From Haliotis rufescens (taxonomy: Eukaryota), in assembly GCF_023055435.1 (NCBI RefSeq), contig NW_025963835.1:11408001-11472000 (forward strand): a DNA stretch of 64,000 nucleotides. Reading direction: 5' to 3'. Below the pieces are notes generated by a model. That model was not told the origin of the DNA. It made no database searches and saw nothing but the letters and a program-made list of their open reading frames with translations. Below are positions 14,260 through 27,481 of this stretch, piece by piece; the first letter of the stretch is position 1; the number at the start of each line of letters is the position of its first letter. The translations under genes and the position numbers were made by a program.

Positions 14260-15246
14260 TTATTTACTAGAAAATCCAACTAACATATTGGAGTAGTAGT
14301 GCAGATTCATTGCAATGTATTCAAGGCAAACAAAATCGTGTTGTCACTCAAATAGTTGCTTGTAGTGCAGCATTGTCCACTGATAGCTTGATAATGGTCA
14401 TCATATCTATTCTAATGGATGAGAACTAGGAACAAATATACTGATGGATATGTGTGGGAACACATGGGCAATGGCAAACTTGGATGTTCTCCTGTATGTG
14501 TTGTGAAGTACTGTCCCTGAGTGAAGCCCTGAATCCGGGGTTCCCAGTACTGCATACCAGATGGTGGCCCTGCTTTAATACTTGGCTATTTCTTATAATA
14601 TATTTAAGACATGATGAAGTGGAGACCAACCTTTATTTATTGCTTGGATCAGAAAATCAATTGGAACTGTTGTGATGGCCCCAAATTGTAGTTTTGAGTT
14701 AGATTGAATCGCTTACACACGTTTTGTTTTGGTCTGCATAACCGCACTTATTCCTTGTCCAGGAACAGAAAATAAAACAAAATGATTCTTTAGCTGATGC
14801 AACTTTTGTTTACTTTCAATATGTACAAGATCCCATCTAAAATAAGTTATATATATATACAAGACCGACCAATCAACTCCCCATAAAATGAATTTAGAAA
14901 AAAAAATTACTTTGACAAAAAAAGTTGGATGATTCTGTTGTAAGATGACGTGAAATGAAAAGAAACCAAGAGATTTGTTTTTGTCACTGCTGTTTGTATA
15001 AAATTGTGAATAATATGTTTAAAAGTATTTTGGGGGACCAAAACAAGTCGGTTATGTTTCAGTATTTTGCCATGTTAAAACATTTTTTGTCATTTTAAAA
15101 AAAAAAAAGATTATTGATTAGTAGCACTTTGAAATTTAGAGAAAATCAATTCAGCCACCTGAGTTGAATTTTGGTTTAGTAAACCCACAAATAAAAAATG
15201 TAAGGCCTAGCGAAAAGAATTTTGTGCAAAATTGCTGTTAAATGTG

Positions 15247-15595
15247 CTCACACACTCAATCATCCCAGCTCACACACACTCACTCATCCTAGCTCATTCA
15301 CACACTCACTCATCCTATCTCACATTCTCACTCATCCTAGCTCATTCACACACTCGCTCATCCTAGCTCATTCACACACTCGCTCATCTTAGCTCATTCA
15401 CACTCACGCATCCTAGCTCATTCACACACTCACTCATCCTAGCTCACACACTCACTCATCCTAGCTCACACACTCGCTAATCCTAGCTCACACACTCGCT
15501 CATCCTAGCTCATTCTCACACTCACTCATCCTAGCTCACACACTCACTCATCCTTGCTCACACACTCTCATCCTAGCTCACACACTCACTCACTC
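15247..15595. repeat. 22-26 bp minisatellite (CACACTCACTCATCCTAGCTCA[TT]) upstream of an NLK acceptor
   Basis: About 14 imperfect tandem units, read directly. Confidence 0.93.
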
Positions 15596-15656
15596 TTGTT
15601 TGTGGCTGATGAGTATTGTGTCTGTTGAGTATTTATCAAGTGTCTGTCTTTTGCAG

Positions 15657-15845
15657 CTTGATCTCATCACCGACCTCCTCGGCACCCCCAACCTGGAAGA
15701 CATGCGGACAGCATGTGAAGGTGCCAAGGCCCACATCCTCCGCCAGCCGCACAAGCAGCCCTCACTGGCAGCCCTCTACACCCTCTCTGGCCAGGCCACG
15801 CACGAGGCAGTCCATCTACTCTGTAGGATGCTAGTGTTTAATCCA
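15657..15845 (+). CDS. NLK: NLK coding exon LDLITDLLGTP...CRMLVFNP
   Basis: ttgcag|CTT GAT ... AAT CCA|gtaagt; 189 nt. Confidence 0.96.
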
Positions 15846-15934
15846 GTAAGTACAGTCATCGACTCACTCATTCACTACTACCTCACTTCATAGGAAAGAG
15901 GCAACTCATGTCATATGGCTTATTGTGTGACATC

Positions 15935-16181
15935 TAGACCCAGGGTTAGCACAAGTCTTCAGCAACCCATGTTTGTCGTAAGAGGCGACTAACTGGATCG
16001 GGTGGTCAGGCTCGCTGACTTGGCTGATGCATGTCATCACATCCCAATTGCGTAGATCAATGCTCATATCAATCACTGCATTGTCTGGTCCAGACTCAAT
16101 TATTTACTGACTGCTGTCATATGGCTGGAATATTGTGGAGTGCGGCGTTAAACAACAACAACAATAACAACAAAAACAAAC
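15935..16181 (+). mobile_element. SINE-like family C copy (GTCGTAAGAGGCGACTAA core, (AAC)n tail)
   Basis: Similar to copies at 17426, 46576 and 52019; TSD ATTGTGTG[A/T]CATC. Confidence 0.85.
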
Positions 16182-16325
16182 ATTGTGTGTCATCAGAACT
16201 TTACTAGATGTTGATAGTTGCCCACACTATAGACAACTGGTTTATCTGAGCCACTTTGTTATGATTTGATGTAGCATGATTATTGTTGTTATACAGACCC
16301 ACTCACTCACCCCTCTGTGTTTCAG

Positions 16326-16524
16326 GAAAAACGAATAACAGCCAGTGATGCATTAACGCACCCATACCTAGATGAAGGTCGACTTCGGTATCACTCGTGC
16401 ATGTGCAAGTGCTGCTATAACACGTCTGCCGGACGCCATTATACCTCGGACTTCGAGCCTCCCTGTCACCAACCCTTCAGTTATAGCTTCGAAGATGAGC
16501 TCACATCTGTAGCAAAGGTCAAAG
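16326..16524 (+). CDS. NLK: NLK coding exon EKRITASDALTHPYLDEGRLRYHSCMCKCC...VAKVK
   Basis: tttcag|GAA AAA ... AAA G|gtgaga; 199 nt. Confidence 0.96.
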
Positions 16525-17005
16525 GTGAGATACAACTACACAATACCTCTCCAACAAATCAAGCTGAAATTCTAGAGTCAAGATCGTCAAAGCTGAAATT
16601 TTCAAGAGGCAGCATTAACTTTATGTGAAAAGCTGTACAGATTTTAGTAGCCAATACTGAACTACAAATATGTCAAGTCTGCTCTTAACGGCCCTCTATG
16701 TGAAGTCGTACTGAGTGTTTGCTGACCTATCAGTGCTCTTGTATCAGCTGCTGGATGTCCGCACTCGGTGACAACTGGCAACTTTAACCGCTAGTCTGAA
16801 GCCCGAGTCTAGTAACATTCAATCTGGTCTTGTAAGCTCACTTAAGCACAAAGGATTCCTAAAAATTACAGCAAGAGCCATATTATGGGCACGGACAAAA
16901 ATGTTTGGTACAGACTGCTTACCTGATGTTGTGGCATCAGACAATATTGACTCTCTTTAATCATATTTTAACAGGATCACTTACATTTTGTTTTCTTGTT
17001 TTCAG

Positions 17006-17102
17006 AGAAGCTCCATCACTTTATATCAGAACAACAGCAACGAGCCAAGCGAGTCCCACTCTGTCTTAACCCCAATTCCATCTCATTTAAGAGTTTCCAA
17101 AG
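17006..17102 (+). CDS. NLK: NLK coding exon (E)KLHHFISEQQQRAKRVPLCLNPNSISFKSFQ(S)
   Basis: tttcag|AG AAG CTC ... CAA AG|gtgtgt; 97 nt; matches the NLK RVPLCINP...FKSF motif. Confidence 0.93.
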
Positions 17103-17425
17103 GTGTGTGTGAGTTATTTTACCTGATATTTTTTTCATTCAAGATTAACTGTGGTTTTATATACCCTATTGTTCTTTTTGTCATACTAAGGTCTTATTCT
17201 ATCATTCAATGCATTCAATTAGTTGAGTAAGCTTGTAACGAAAATTGATCTTACTGTTTAGATCGGAAATGGTTTGAGCTGAATAGACCTTCATTGCCTT
17301 TTTATGTAATGAGTATCTACATCAGATTTGATTAACATTTATACAAATTGGTGAAGCTAAACTTTTTGGAAAACAGTTACTAGACAAACATGTATGCTGC
17401 GTGTGAGTTTCCTGTATTCAATCAG

Positions 17426-17684
17426 TCCCATGAAGATCCGGGTTAGAATTGGTCTTCAGCAACCCATGCTTACCGTAAGAGGCAACTATGCTTGTCTCAA
17501 GAGGCGACTAACAGGATCTGGTGGTCAGGCTTGCTGACTTGGTTGATGCATGTCATCGTATCCCTGTTGCATGGATTGATGCTCATATCAATCACTGGAT
17601 TGTCTGGTCCAGACTTGATTATTTACAGACCGCCATTATATAGCTGGAATATTGTTGAGTGCCGTGTTAAACAACAAACAAATG
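17426..17684 (+). mobile_element. SINE-like family C copy
   Basis: Same body and tail; TSD TCAATCAG. Confidence 0.85.
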
Positions 17685-17816
17685 TCAATCAGCATACAAC
17701 CTGTGTTTCTAATTCAGCTGACAGATTGTGCTATAGCTGAAACATAGTTGATAACAGCATTGAACACGTCATTTGTGAGTTGAATAGTACTAATGTGTAA
17801 CATGTTGATATTTCAG

Positions 17817-17913
17817 TGTCAAGGGACGCAAGTCACGTAGCCAGTCCCATTCCCAACAAAACTCGAACCTGGCCAGTAAGTCCCGCGGGCCCAACTTGCC
17901 GTATGGATGTTAG
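17817..17913 (+). CDS. NLK: Probable NLK terminal coding exon (S)VKGRKSRSQSHSQQNSNLASKSRGPNLPYGC*
   Basis: tttcag|T GTC AAG ... TGT TAG; phase-compatible with the previous exon, but the peptide does not resemble the vertebrate NLK tail. Confidence 0.55.
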
Positions 17914-20900
17914 AGGAAGACAGACCAGATGTGAACAGACTGCTCAGGGCCAGGATGCGCGGATACATCAGTTTCAGCCTACTGGATGTGACAATGTGTT
18001 TGATTGGTCGATATACTAGACCTGTGGGTAGTACCATCCTGTTTGAGGTAAAACACTGACTACACGTGGCCGAGCATGGACTGATGATATAGTGGAGGTG
18101 GCTGTTGTTTTCGTCTGAGTTCCATACATGGATGTACAGTACACTCAGAAATACTGCTCTGAAATGTGTTGGCATCCACCTCCTAATGGCCTAGTCAATA
18201 TGTAAGCTGCATGCTGATTGGCCCATGCTTACAGACCAGCATCTGGCTGAACTGGTGAATCACACGGCTTCTACTGAAGCAAAAAGACTACTTGCCATAC
18301 AAGGCATATGAATATGTACAGGTTGGACAGAGTTGGCGAAACCATTGACCTTCGAGTATTTGAAAATCATCAAAAGGATACAAGCAACAAGACTGGTGCT
18401 GATAGGGGCTCACAGCAATGGCTATCCTCTCTGGGTACCCATCACTACTACACTATTTTTGTACAGTACATTTTCCATGAGTTGTGCGTGTGTTTTTTCT
18501 GTGAAGTATGTGCGTGAGTGGGTGGTGGTGACCCTGACCAATGGCGCGCGGGCCAGCACACCATTACGACCAGTTACCTGCCTCGCATGTGTGTAGACAT
18601 GCATGTGCGTGCGTCGTCGCCTGGAACCCACTCCTGATCTCATTTTACACCATATTTATTTTGCCACTATTTCCCCTCAGTGAGCACATGACGTACGATA
18701 TTCCACCTGACAGTCACATGACTATCACATGACTTAGGTATACTCTCTAAACAGGCAACTGTTCAGTATTGTTTATATGTAGTGTATTTCTCTTATTTAT
18801 GTTTGCTTGTTTTGTACTAACTTTTATGATAACAACAAACCTTCAGACATTGGAAAGTGGCATTATCAGATCCAATACAGTCTCAAAGATCTATGCATGT
18901 CTAACTTGCAAAACAGAACATGGGAAAGGCAGATTCCCAGTAAAAATACGCCAAAATATCGAGTGACAAACGCTTTATTACACCCTACTTCCATGGCAAG
19001 CCAATCAAATCCTCAACACGTTCAGGCAGCCAATCAACACTGACTTGCCTTACGACTCAAACTACCAAGATATTCTTGATGTTGTGATGTATATGCTAGA
19101 CATGTTGTACATACCATTTTGACACTTTCTAGAGTATCTGGACAATGGTAGACACTTCGAGGAGAAATTATGTAGACAACATCAAGTCTATTTTGTACTT
19201 TTGTACACAAGTAGCGCTCGAGGATATACCCATCTCCGAGGTAGGGTAACACAGTAAATGAAGCATGCGAAATGGCATCAGATAGACGAACTGAGGGTTC
19301 AGTTCACGCATAATACCGCTGTCATATGTGCATAGCAACAGGCATAATGTATGTCCTTGCCTGATGAACTACACCAAGGGAGGTAACTCCAGTGAAAGCC
19401 AGTCATCATCATCTCATGTATTTTGTGGTCATCTTGAGAAATTGCCATTCCATCGGAAGTATTAGTGTAAATATATACTATGTGTGGGGAGTGTGTTGTA
19501 CAGACTGGGATTAGCTGTTGGGGGTAGATGGCGTGGTTGTCTGTTACGTGAGCTTTTACGGTTGCTGTATAGTCGGCCATAATGTATATATACGAGAAAT
19601 GGTCATTTTATAGACAATTTACATCCGAGATTAACCGCTCTATAGGTTGCAAGGCAACAAACAGGATGAAACACTCTCCAAAAACAGTTTATCAAGGTCC
19701 TACATTAGGTTTTTGTGTAATTAGGTACTGAAATATGAAAGTTTTACAAATTCGTCAATGATGTCATCAACTTGGTTTTTGTAGCAGTTTTTATCCTGTT
19801 TGGTGGCTTGTTGAAGATGAAGGATGTAGCCTGGGTGCTGTTTACTAGTGTGAGCTTCGCAGCAATCATCTATGTATATGTGGGGCAGATAAACATCTAC
19901 ATCTTTCTACCGAACCAAACCAAAATAGCCGTTTATGTTGTCACCACGGAAACTTAGCGGGAGTGCTCAACGTGTGAACATTTCCAAGTCCGATTTTACA
20001 AACTTTGTTATTGGCTTTTTATCTATATTGGGTGTGTGTAGATTATTGTTCCAACCCAATCTGCTTTGTAACAAATATATTGTAATGACTTATTCTTCTT
20101 ATACAAGTATAGATTGTTTGAAAATTTACAAACGTGTTTGATGTTGGTAATGGAATTTATGAAACTATCGTAGCCATTTTGTGATTATTTTAAACAGTGA
20201 ATGTTAATGGTAAAAACCATGTCATGTCGGACACCATGTGACAACATCAGATGTAATATGAACAAAGACATGATAGAACGAATGATGTGCTCTACCTTGA
20301 AATGATGTCAAAACAGGTGTGCCAGGTCCAGGCATGGTAATTGACATGCTGCCAGGATATTCCTGGAATATTGCATATTGCTCACTCAAGATGTCAGCTT
20401 CCTCCTGTCGTAAAATTGAATTGTTCAAAGCCAAGACCAATCTGAAATTGATTCTCCAAATTTGCGATTTCACTGCAAATTGATTGGGTAGTCCAGTATT
20501 TGATAATGAGTCATATGTCACCGATTCGATTCCTACGTTCCAAAGTAAAAATATGGAAACCTAAATATCATTTTCAAACATTTCTGCAATTTCCTGAATA
20601 TATTAATTCTCTCTTACTCGTTGAATATCAGTATGAAATCAACTTAACTAATTAATTAGTGAAGACAATTTTTCATAGGTATTGCACATCATGTCTTTCA
20701 AATTGTTTTTGGATGTGAAATGTTTGTTAGTCCATAAGAATGTTGCACCATGAAAAGGGTACTTCTAAAAGCGTATTCTAACTTATATAAAACTCTGTAT
20801 AGAAAGAAAGTATTTATCTCGAGTAATCGTCAGTATGGCATTACGTTGAGAGTTGAGCGTTCATACTTCTACCTCTTGCGGCTATCAGTCGTGCTTGTGT

Positions 20901-22700
20901 ATTATACATTGTGTTACAGTAGTAGTCCAAGGATTGCTTGCAGGATAGCAGCGTGTGGGAGACAAATTCAATCATATTCACCTCAAATATACCGATGCCT
21001 GTGTGATTATTAAGTGCATCTCATCAGGCATTCAAAAGAATCCTTTTTTTTGTCATAGCATGTAGCAAGGTACATAGATGAGGTCGTTAAATTATCATCC
21101 AAATACTTGAAGTAACAACTACTAGAACCATGTTGCTTTTGAAATTAAATCCATCACTCATAATGATGACAGTTGCCATGTTGGATACTATTGTCTGGTT
21201 TCAGAAACATTGACATTTCGGCTTGTTCCTTTAATTATGTTTGTGAAAATACATCTCAAATTTCTGTTCCGAAATAGCAAATGTTTGATTCTTAACATTT
21301 TTGCAACATAATAGAAAAATACCCCCTCAACCATTTCCATGACAACACATCTACATCTTGAAGATTTATTTGACATTGTATCGTTCATCTGTCAATGATA
21401 TTTTGACAAACTATTAAGACCAGATGCCAAGAATGGACCTGTACAGTAATAAGAGGGAGGTAACCCTTGCTAACATGGCTTTCTCCTTAGTGGCATTTGC
21501 TGAAAAAGTACCAGTGTTCTGCTCCAACTTGGGTTGACCCTGCATTTATGTTGTAGATAGCTGTGCATGTTCCACAATGTTGCTATTCTAAGTAATTTAT
21601 GCTCTTCATATGAAAATCTATTATAGTATCTGTTAATATGTAGAAGAGTTATTTTCCTAATCTGTACTTGTGTGATTGCAAATTGGTGTATTTTGTATTT
21701 GTGGGTGTGTCTTTCCACAGCGGGTAAGTTAAGTTTATGACTTGAAAATGAAATCTTGGTGATTATTTGGTGATTCTGACAAATAATTAAAATTATCATT
21801 GATCACTAATTGTAAATACATATACACATATATATCTCCAAGATCTGTAGTGTTACCAAAATTTATTAATCGACAGGTGATAATGTTTTTCGGTACTTGG
21901 CATATCTGTACAACTTGTACTTAGTCCATTAGAATCAGCATTTAATACTGAATACATGTGAAGCAAGGTTGAATGCATATGCTAGTTGTAGCTGACAGTC
22001 TTAGCACATGTACTGTTATTAATGATTGAAGCCTTATTCTGTCTGTTGTGAGTGAAATAGGACATATTTAGCATAGTTTCAACTTTTGTCAGTGTACAAT
22101 ATTTTGTGAGCACATTCAACTGCTTTTTGTGAACTTGTTTTGTAAATTCAAGAGATTGTCTTCAAATGTTTTTCTCCAAATCTGCAACAACCACCATTAA
22201 TGTGCAATAATACCTGTAATTAGTTCTGTCTGAATAACCTTCAAAGGGAGATAACTCGACCCGAGCCCCTCCCCAACCTCGGAGTGTTACTAGACTAGTC
22301 ACAACAATGATAAAATGTATAGTCATGTGATGATCAGCTGACAAGTCACATGATAAGTCGCATGACCTCCGACAACCAGCAGCAGTGAAAGATGTACGCC
22401 CAGACACATTCACTCCTCCGAACGTTATGAAAGGTTAGCACACCGGCTGAAGATGTCAGAATAGCTTCATGGACCAGACAGCCCAAATAAATGTTTTTTG
22501 TACATTTTCAAATTACCGAGATTACATCATGCTTAAATTGATTATTTTTTTGGCATTCAAGCAGCAACTGGAAATTGTTTGTTGGTCATGTTGGTATTCT
22601 GATGTTGTCGGCTGTGTATTGACGTTGGCCTCATCCGATTCACAGCTCAAGATTGCCATAGACTCATTGTACACCATCTGGATTTGCAATAAAACATTGA
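17914..22700 (+). other. NLK: Probable long NLK 3'UTR
   Basis: About 4.8 kb without recognisable SINEs after the stop; AATAAA at 22486-22491 and 22688-22693; SINE sequence resumes at ~22755. Confidence 0.45.
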
Positions 22701-22754
22701 TAAATAGTTGCACTTCTGTTTTCTGTAAGCGTTTGGGGGACGGATTACCCTACG

Positions 22755-23065
22755 CCTTGGGGATTCAGGGTTAAAATTGGTCAACCTGTTCGTCATAAGA
22801 AGCGAATAAATGGTCGGGCCCAGTGATTCAAATGCATATCGTCATACTCGACAACACGGGTCGTTGCTCAAAATATCAATCACTGCATGGGTTGTCTGGA
22901 CCAGACTCTATTATTTACAGGCCACTGTCATGGTGCTTGAATATTGCTGAGTGCGCATGACTGAATGCCCACCATTGGCATCATGCTGAAGACAAGGAGT
23001 GGGTATGTTAGTGGTTAGGACATTCATTCGTCACTGCGGAAACCTGGGTTCGAATCCTTGCTACC
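22755..23065 (+). mobile_element. Degenerate family C copy followed by a decayed tRNA-like SINE head
   Basis: GTCATAAGAAGCGAATAA, CCAGACTCTATTATTTACAG, GAATATTGCTGAGTGC; then TAGTGGTTAG...GGTTCGAATCC. Confidence 0.6.
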
Positions 23066-23893
23066 CAGGCTGAAAACAATAGAAAAAACTAATTTCACAA
23101 GAAAGGGTCTCACTTTGGACTTTAATTGGACTAGGGTTCTAACAGCATATATTGTTTTAATGTGAGGTTGACAGGATATACGGCTATTCCACTGGACAAA
23201 AAAGTATTTAAGAATTGACTCTCACGTTGTGTGATTTCATTGGAGTATGAACCTTTTCAGGGTGGGGGCTCAACTGTATGAACGTCGGAGGTGGATCTTT
23301 TCGATACGATAGTTTGGATTGGCATTTTAAAATTTTGTTCATTAGGATGGGTCGCAGCGTGGGTATCCGTGCACGATCATGCAGTTCAGCGCTCCTACTT
23401 TTCATAATGTATGCTAAAACGTTGAGTTCAAGAGTGAAGGGTATAAATGATCAGGAACAACGATTCGGTATATGTATCCGTGTTAGGGAACTCCCAGTGG
23501 TTTCTCCAAGGAATGTGGAAGTAGTCCGTCAGTGATTACGTCATTTCAAGAATGCAGTCTCGTTAAAAACGTAGGAACGTCATGTTGTGTCGTTCACACA
23601 TTTATCAACTTCAGTTTCGAGGTCATGTGGCCGACGTCTCGTCCAATGGAAAAGCAGTATGCATGTCGTGTAAATGGGAGCAGGGAAAAACAGACTCCCG
23701 TCAGAAGGTAAAGTCATTACGCCACAAAAAAAATAAAGAAGACGAACTCAAGTATTGTGTCACATTTTTTGTATTACATATACATTGTTTAACAGTTGTT
23801 AACATGTAACGTGCACAGTTCTTAATGTTCACTAGTAATATACTCCTGCATCGTTTATGTATTTGGTTGACCCAAAGCTTGACCAGTCACGGT

Positions 23894-24069
23894 GGGGGCG
23901 GTCGGGTGGCCCAGTGGTTAAATCGTTCGCTCGTCACGCCGAAGACCCGGGTTCGATTTCCGACATGGGTACAATGTGCGAAGCCCATTTCTGGTGTCCC
24001 CCGCCGTGATATTGCTGGAATATTGCTAAAAGCGGCGTAAAAACAAACTTACTTACTCACTCACTCACT
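23894..24069 (+). mobile_element. tRNA-derived SINE family A (~170 bp, (CACT)n tail)
   Basis: A-box TGGCCCAGTGG, B-box GGTTCGATTTC; near-identical copies at 27856 and 33952. Confidence 0.92.
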
Positions 24070-25191
24070 ACCACTCACGATTCCCGATGGTTAATTCTGA
24101 CAACGGCGATGCCAGGTTTGTTTATAAACACTGAAAGTAGTTGCATCTCTATCCGCATATGACCCCAGCTGATATCGTTTTTATCCGTTGGTTTTATCCT
24201 GCCGAAGAACCTTCCGAATATATGATTAAAGTCTTTATCAGAAGGAAGTGAATTGTTCCCCATAGACGTAGTTGGGCAGTGTAGATTGACGCAATGGCCG
24301 AGCGATCGCATCCTGAAGGGGCAGGGATGTGACACTCGGTATTGGGGGAAAAGGTACAGATAATCGACGTTAAAGTTGTGAGAATATCCGGGAAATACCA
24401 AACTTAACTACTCCCTGTTCATAAAGTGGACTTTTTCCGAGGTCGGATTTTAATCAGCGAGTCGTCATTATTAAAATAAGGGTAAATATTTTAAAGCTTG
24501 TACACTTTTCTTTAACATCCTTAAAGTGGCTCTACAAAATGTTGATATTTGGTATAAGAAATAAATGACTCGTGGTGGTTGTTTTTGTAAAATAAAACAC
24601 TGCAGGCAGAATAAACCATGAGGGGCGAATGCCTTTTGGTGTTAGTGTATGACGTATGGCACAGAAGTCCACTGTGAATGACTCCATCATTTTTTGCAAG
24701 TGAGTGCAGTATCACGCAATAGAACCCAACACTCACTCAGTCACTTGCAAATTCGGAAAACACTTGCCTCTCTCACTCTCTCTCAGAGCATTCCTATTCA
24801 GACCAAACGATAAAAAACACGACTATGCCTTATGTTTTTGAATACAATGAACTTACAACAAAACCAAAATTTACAAATAGGTCCTATAAAACGAATCAGA
24901 TGTTAAAGCATGGAAATCATGAAGACGAAACAAACTATTATATTTTATTTCGTCCAATTCCAACGACAGGTGTCTCAGATAATGTCTACAACACGTTTTA
25001 CTTCGTTGGCAACTGAAGTCATCAAATCAAACTGAAGCCCTTCCATAACGGACACACGGAGTACACAAGGGTTGAAGGAAGCGTAGTGTACTGTGCTGGG
25101 AGATTTCAATGTATATATGCTGTACGAGCATATCACATGGCGCGTCCTTATGTTGTCTAGTTGTCATGTTTCCCTTGTAAACTAAGAAATA

Positions 25192-25838
25192 CAGTAAACT
25201 TCGGTTATAACGAACTCAAAGGGACCACTCATTTTAGTTCGTAATAACCGTAGTTCGTTGTAAGCATATAGACAGCATATATACAACAAATGGCCGGGAC
25301 TAAAAAATGTTCGTTATAAACGTAGTTTACCGTATATTCTTTAGACACTTTTAGCACTTGTGTGATATAGTCCACCACACACACAATTTCCCAAAGAAGG
25401 TAAGAAAGTCATGTTCCTTTCATTGGTTTAGTCTGCAACGTTTTTTGTGCAAAAATGAAACCAACTGGTGCTGACGAGGAATACGTGGTCGAGTTTAGAG
25501 ATTTTACGTGTGCCTCATTGAGCGATTGAGCTGTTTCTACACCGCTCACGGCACATTTCGCTTATACTGTGTATTTAATCTCCAGTCATGATATATCATA
25601 CCAGAATAGAGATGTGATAAAGAGGTACTGGATAATCGAGTATGTTTTGGCAATATTCCAGGAATGTTACTGCGTGGGCACTAGGAAAGGGAGAACAGCA
25701 ATATTACTCGGGTGGCCGTGCTCATTTTATAAGATGTATTTTCCAAGATGTGTGACATTCGATAGCTTATAACGAACTACGGATATAACAAAATAAAATT
25801 AGTGGTCCATTTGAGTTCGTTATAACCATAATTTACTG
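25192..25838. mobile_element. Tc1/mariner (pogo-like) MITE
   Basis: TIR CAGTAAACTTCGGTTATAACGAACTCAAAGGGACCACT / AGTGGTCCATTTGAGTTCGTTATAACCATAATTTACTG; TA on both flanks. Confidence 0.88.
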
Positions 25839-25929
25839 TATTAGCACACATGTAGCTATCGTTGTTAACTGAGCATCGCGATATTTCGTGATTCTATTTC
25901 AAGTGGCGAGGACTATACCTTTCTATTGC

Positions 25930-25947
25930 AACTACAACCACCACCAT

Positions 25948-25982
<35 letters not shown>
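25930..25982. repeat. (ACC)n/(CTA)n microsatellite
   Basis: Read directly; gives the poly-Leu and poly-Ser tracts in the ORF track. Confidence 0.9.
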
Positions 25983-27481
25983 AGGTTCCCGGTGGATTCG
26001 ACAAAGCAGCGCTTCCTGGGAGGAGTCCCATTCGCTGTCTGGACTGCGTGTAGCGGGAGCATGGACTCTGAGCTGATGATGTGCCTTACCAGACCGACTG
26101 TGCCAGGATCACCTAAACCCTCTTTAAATGCTGCATTCATTTATTTTGATCTGTACAACAACAACAACAACAACACAAAAATACTTATATTACAACGACT
26201 AATAAATATATACTTCTCCCACTATCTACTAGATATGGTGACCTATGCCAGATATATAGCTACCACCTGATACACACCAAGCCTGATGCTATTATCGCGT
26301 GTGACGCCGTGACAACAACCGTCATCATTTACGTTCACATAGGACCTATTCAGCATGCTACGCAATACACTGCCCTCACATGCTAGCAATAGATATCGAT
26401 TTCACATGGATCGCAGTCAATGCCAAAACCTGTTTCACGCTATCGCCCGGCTCAGATGACGTTACATATTTTTGTTCTTTAGTTTTATTCTTTAGAATGA
26501 CGTCATAGAATTACCGCGTGACCTTGAAGAAAGATGCGCAGTTTTATACAGTGTTTACAAGATTTCGTTAATCTTGCCAAAAAACTGTTTTGAATGTTTG
26601 CGTACACTATTTTTGCTAGAAAACATTTATCACTGGCTTCATATATTATACGCCACCACAAGATATTTTTAAAAAATGATATGATTTCTAGATGAACCTT
26701 TCTGAGTCTTCAAAGTAAGGCACCTGGAAATTAGTATACCTGTGATATTAAGATTTGAACTGTAATCAGCACTACAATGTAGGGAATTACTAACCCTGTA
26801 TAGTAATTATTACACTTTATTTTAATGGTAAAAATCAAGGGATGTGTGATATGTGTCTTTGTAATCTCTCTCTCTCTAAGGCAATACAAATTACTTATCT
26901 TGAGCTGTTATGTAATAATCAGGACTGATATGTATAATATCGGATCGGGTGTTGTTTCTCAGTTTAAACAGCATACATCAATACTGTGTAGGCTTTCTCT
27001 TATATTAAAGCCAAGACGAAGCCATTTTTAACTAACCTGAAAGAGGTCATAAGCTTTGCACGCTGGAAATAGGAAATTCTCCATTTTTTCAGTCGGGTTC
27101 TTCCGTTGACTGTTTACTCAAACAAACCTCAAATCAGTGTTGAAACGTTGTATATTTCACGCAGGTGTTCGCTATGAATAGCAATGTCACGTGAAGTCAT
27201 GGATACAAGTTTGACCAATCGGGGCTCACTTTCGCTGCACGAGTTTTTAATGCGCGTTATTCCAGACGACATGAATGGAAGCAGACGTGGCGTATATAAA
27301 ACAACTGCACCATTATATGTCAAATTAATTTCAGAATTGGTGTGAATTAACTTAAAACTGAGAGGAGCATGAGGTGGACATTCACTATTGCTGTGTCTAC
27401 TATGAACGGGCTGCAATGAACGTTATGTTTGAAAACCAACTTTCTTGAACGTGATTTCTTCCCCGGATGGTGTTTTTTTAA

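Noticed and set aside
21721-21723. 3-nt microexon (cag|CGG|gtaagt) in NLK
   Set aside because: No downstream NLK exon was found to splice to; treated instead as a possible alternative terminal acceptor.
23894-23965. tRNA genes at SINE heads (also 27856, 34122, 27761, 37381)
   Set aside because: A and B boxes are present, but each continues into a shared SINE body, tail and TSD; no convincing cloverleaf.
25913-26270. ORFs with a poly-Leu signal-peptide-like or poly-Ser tract
   Set aside because: The tracts come from the (CTA)n and (AAC)n microsatellites.
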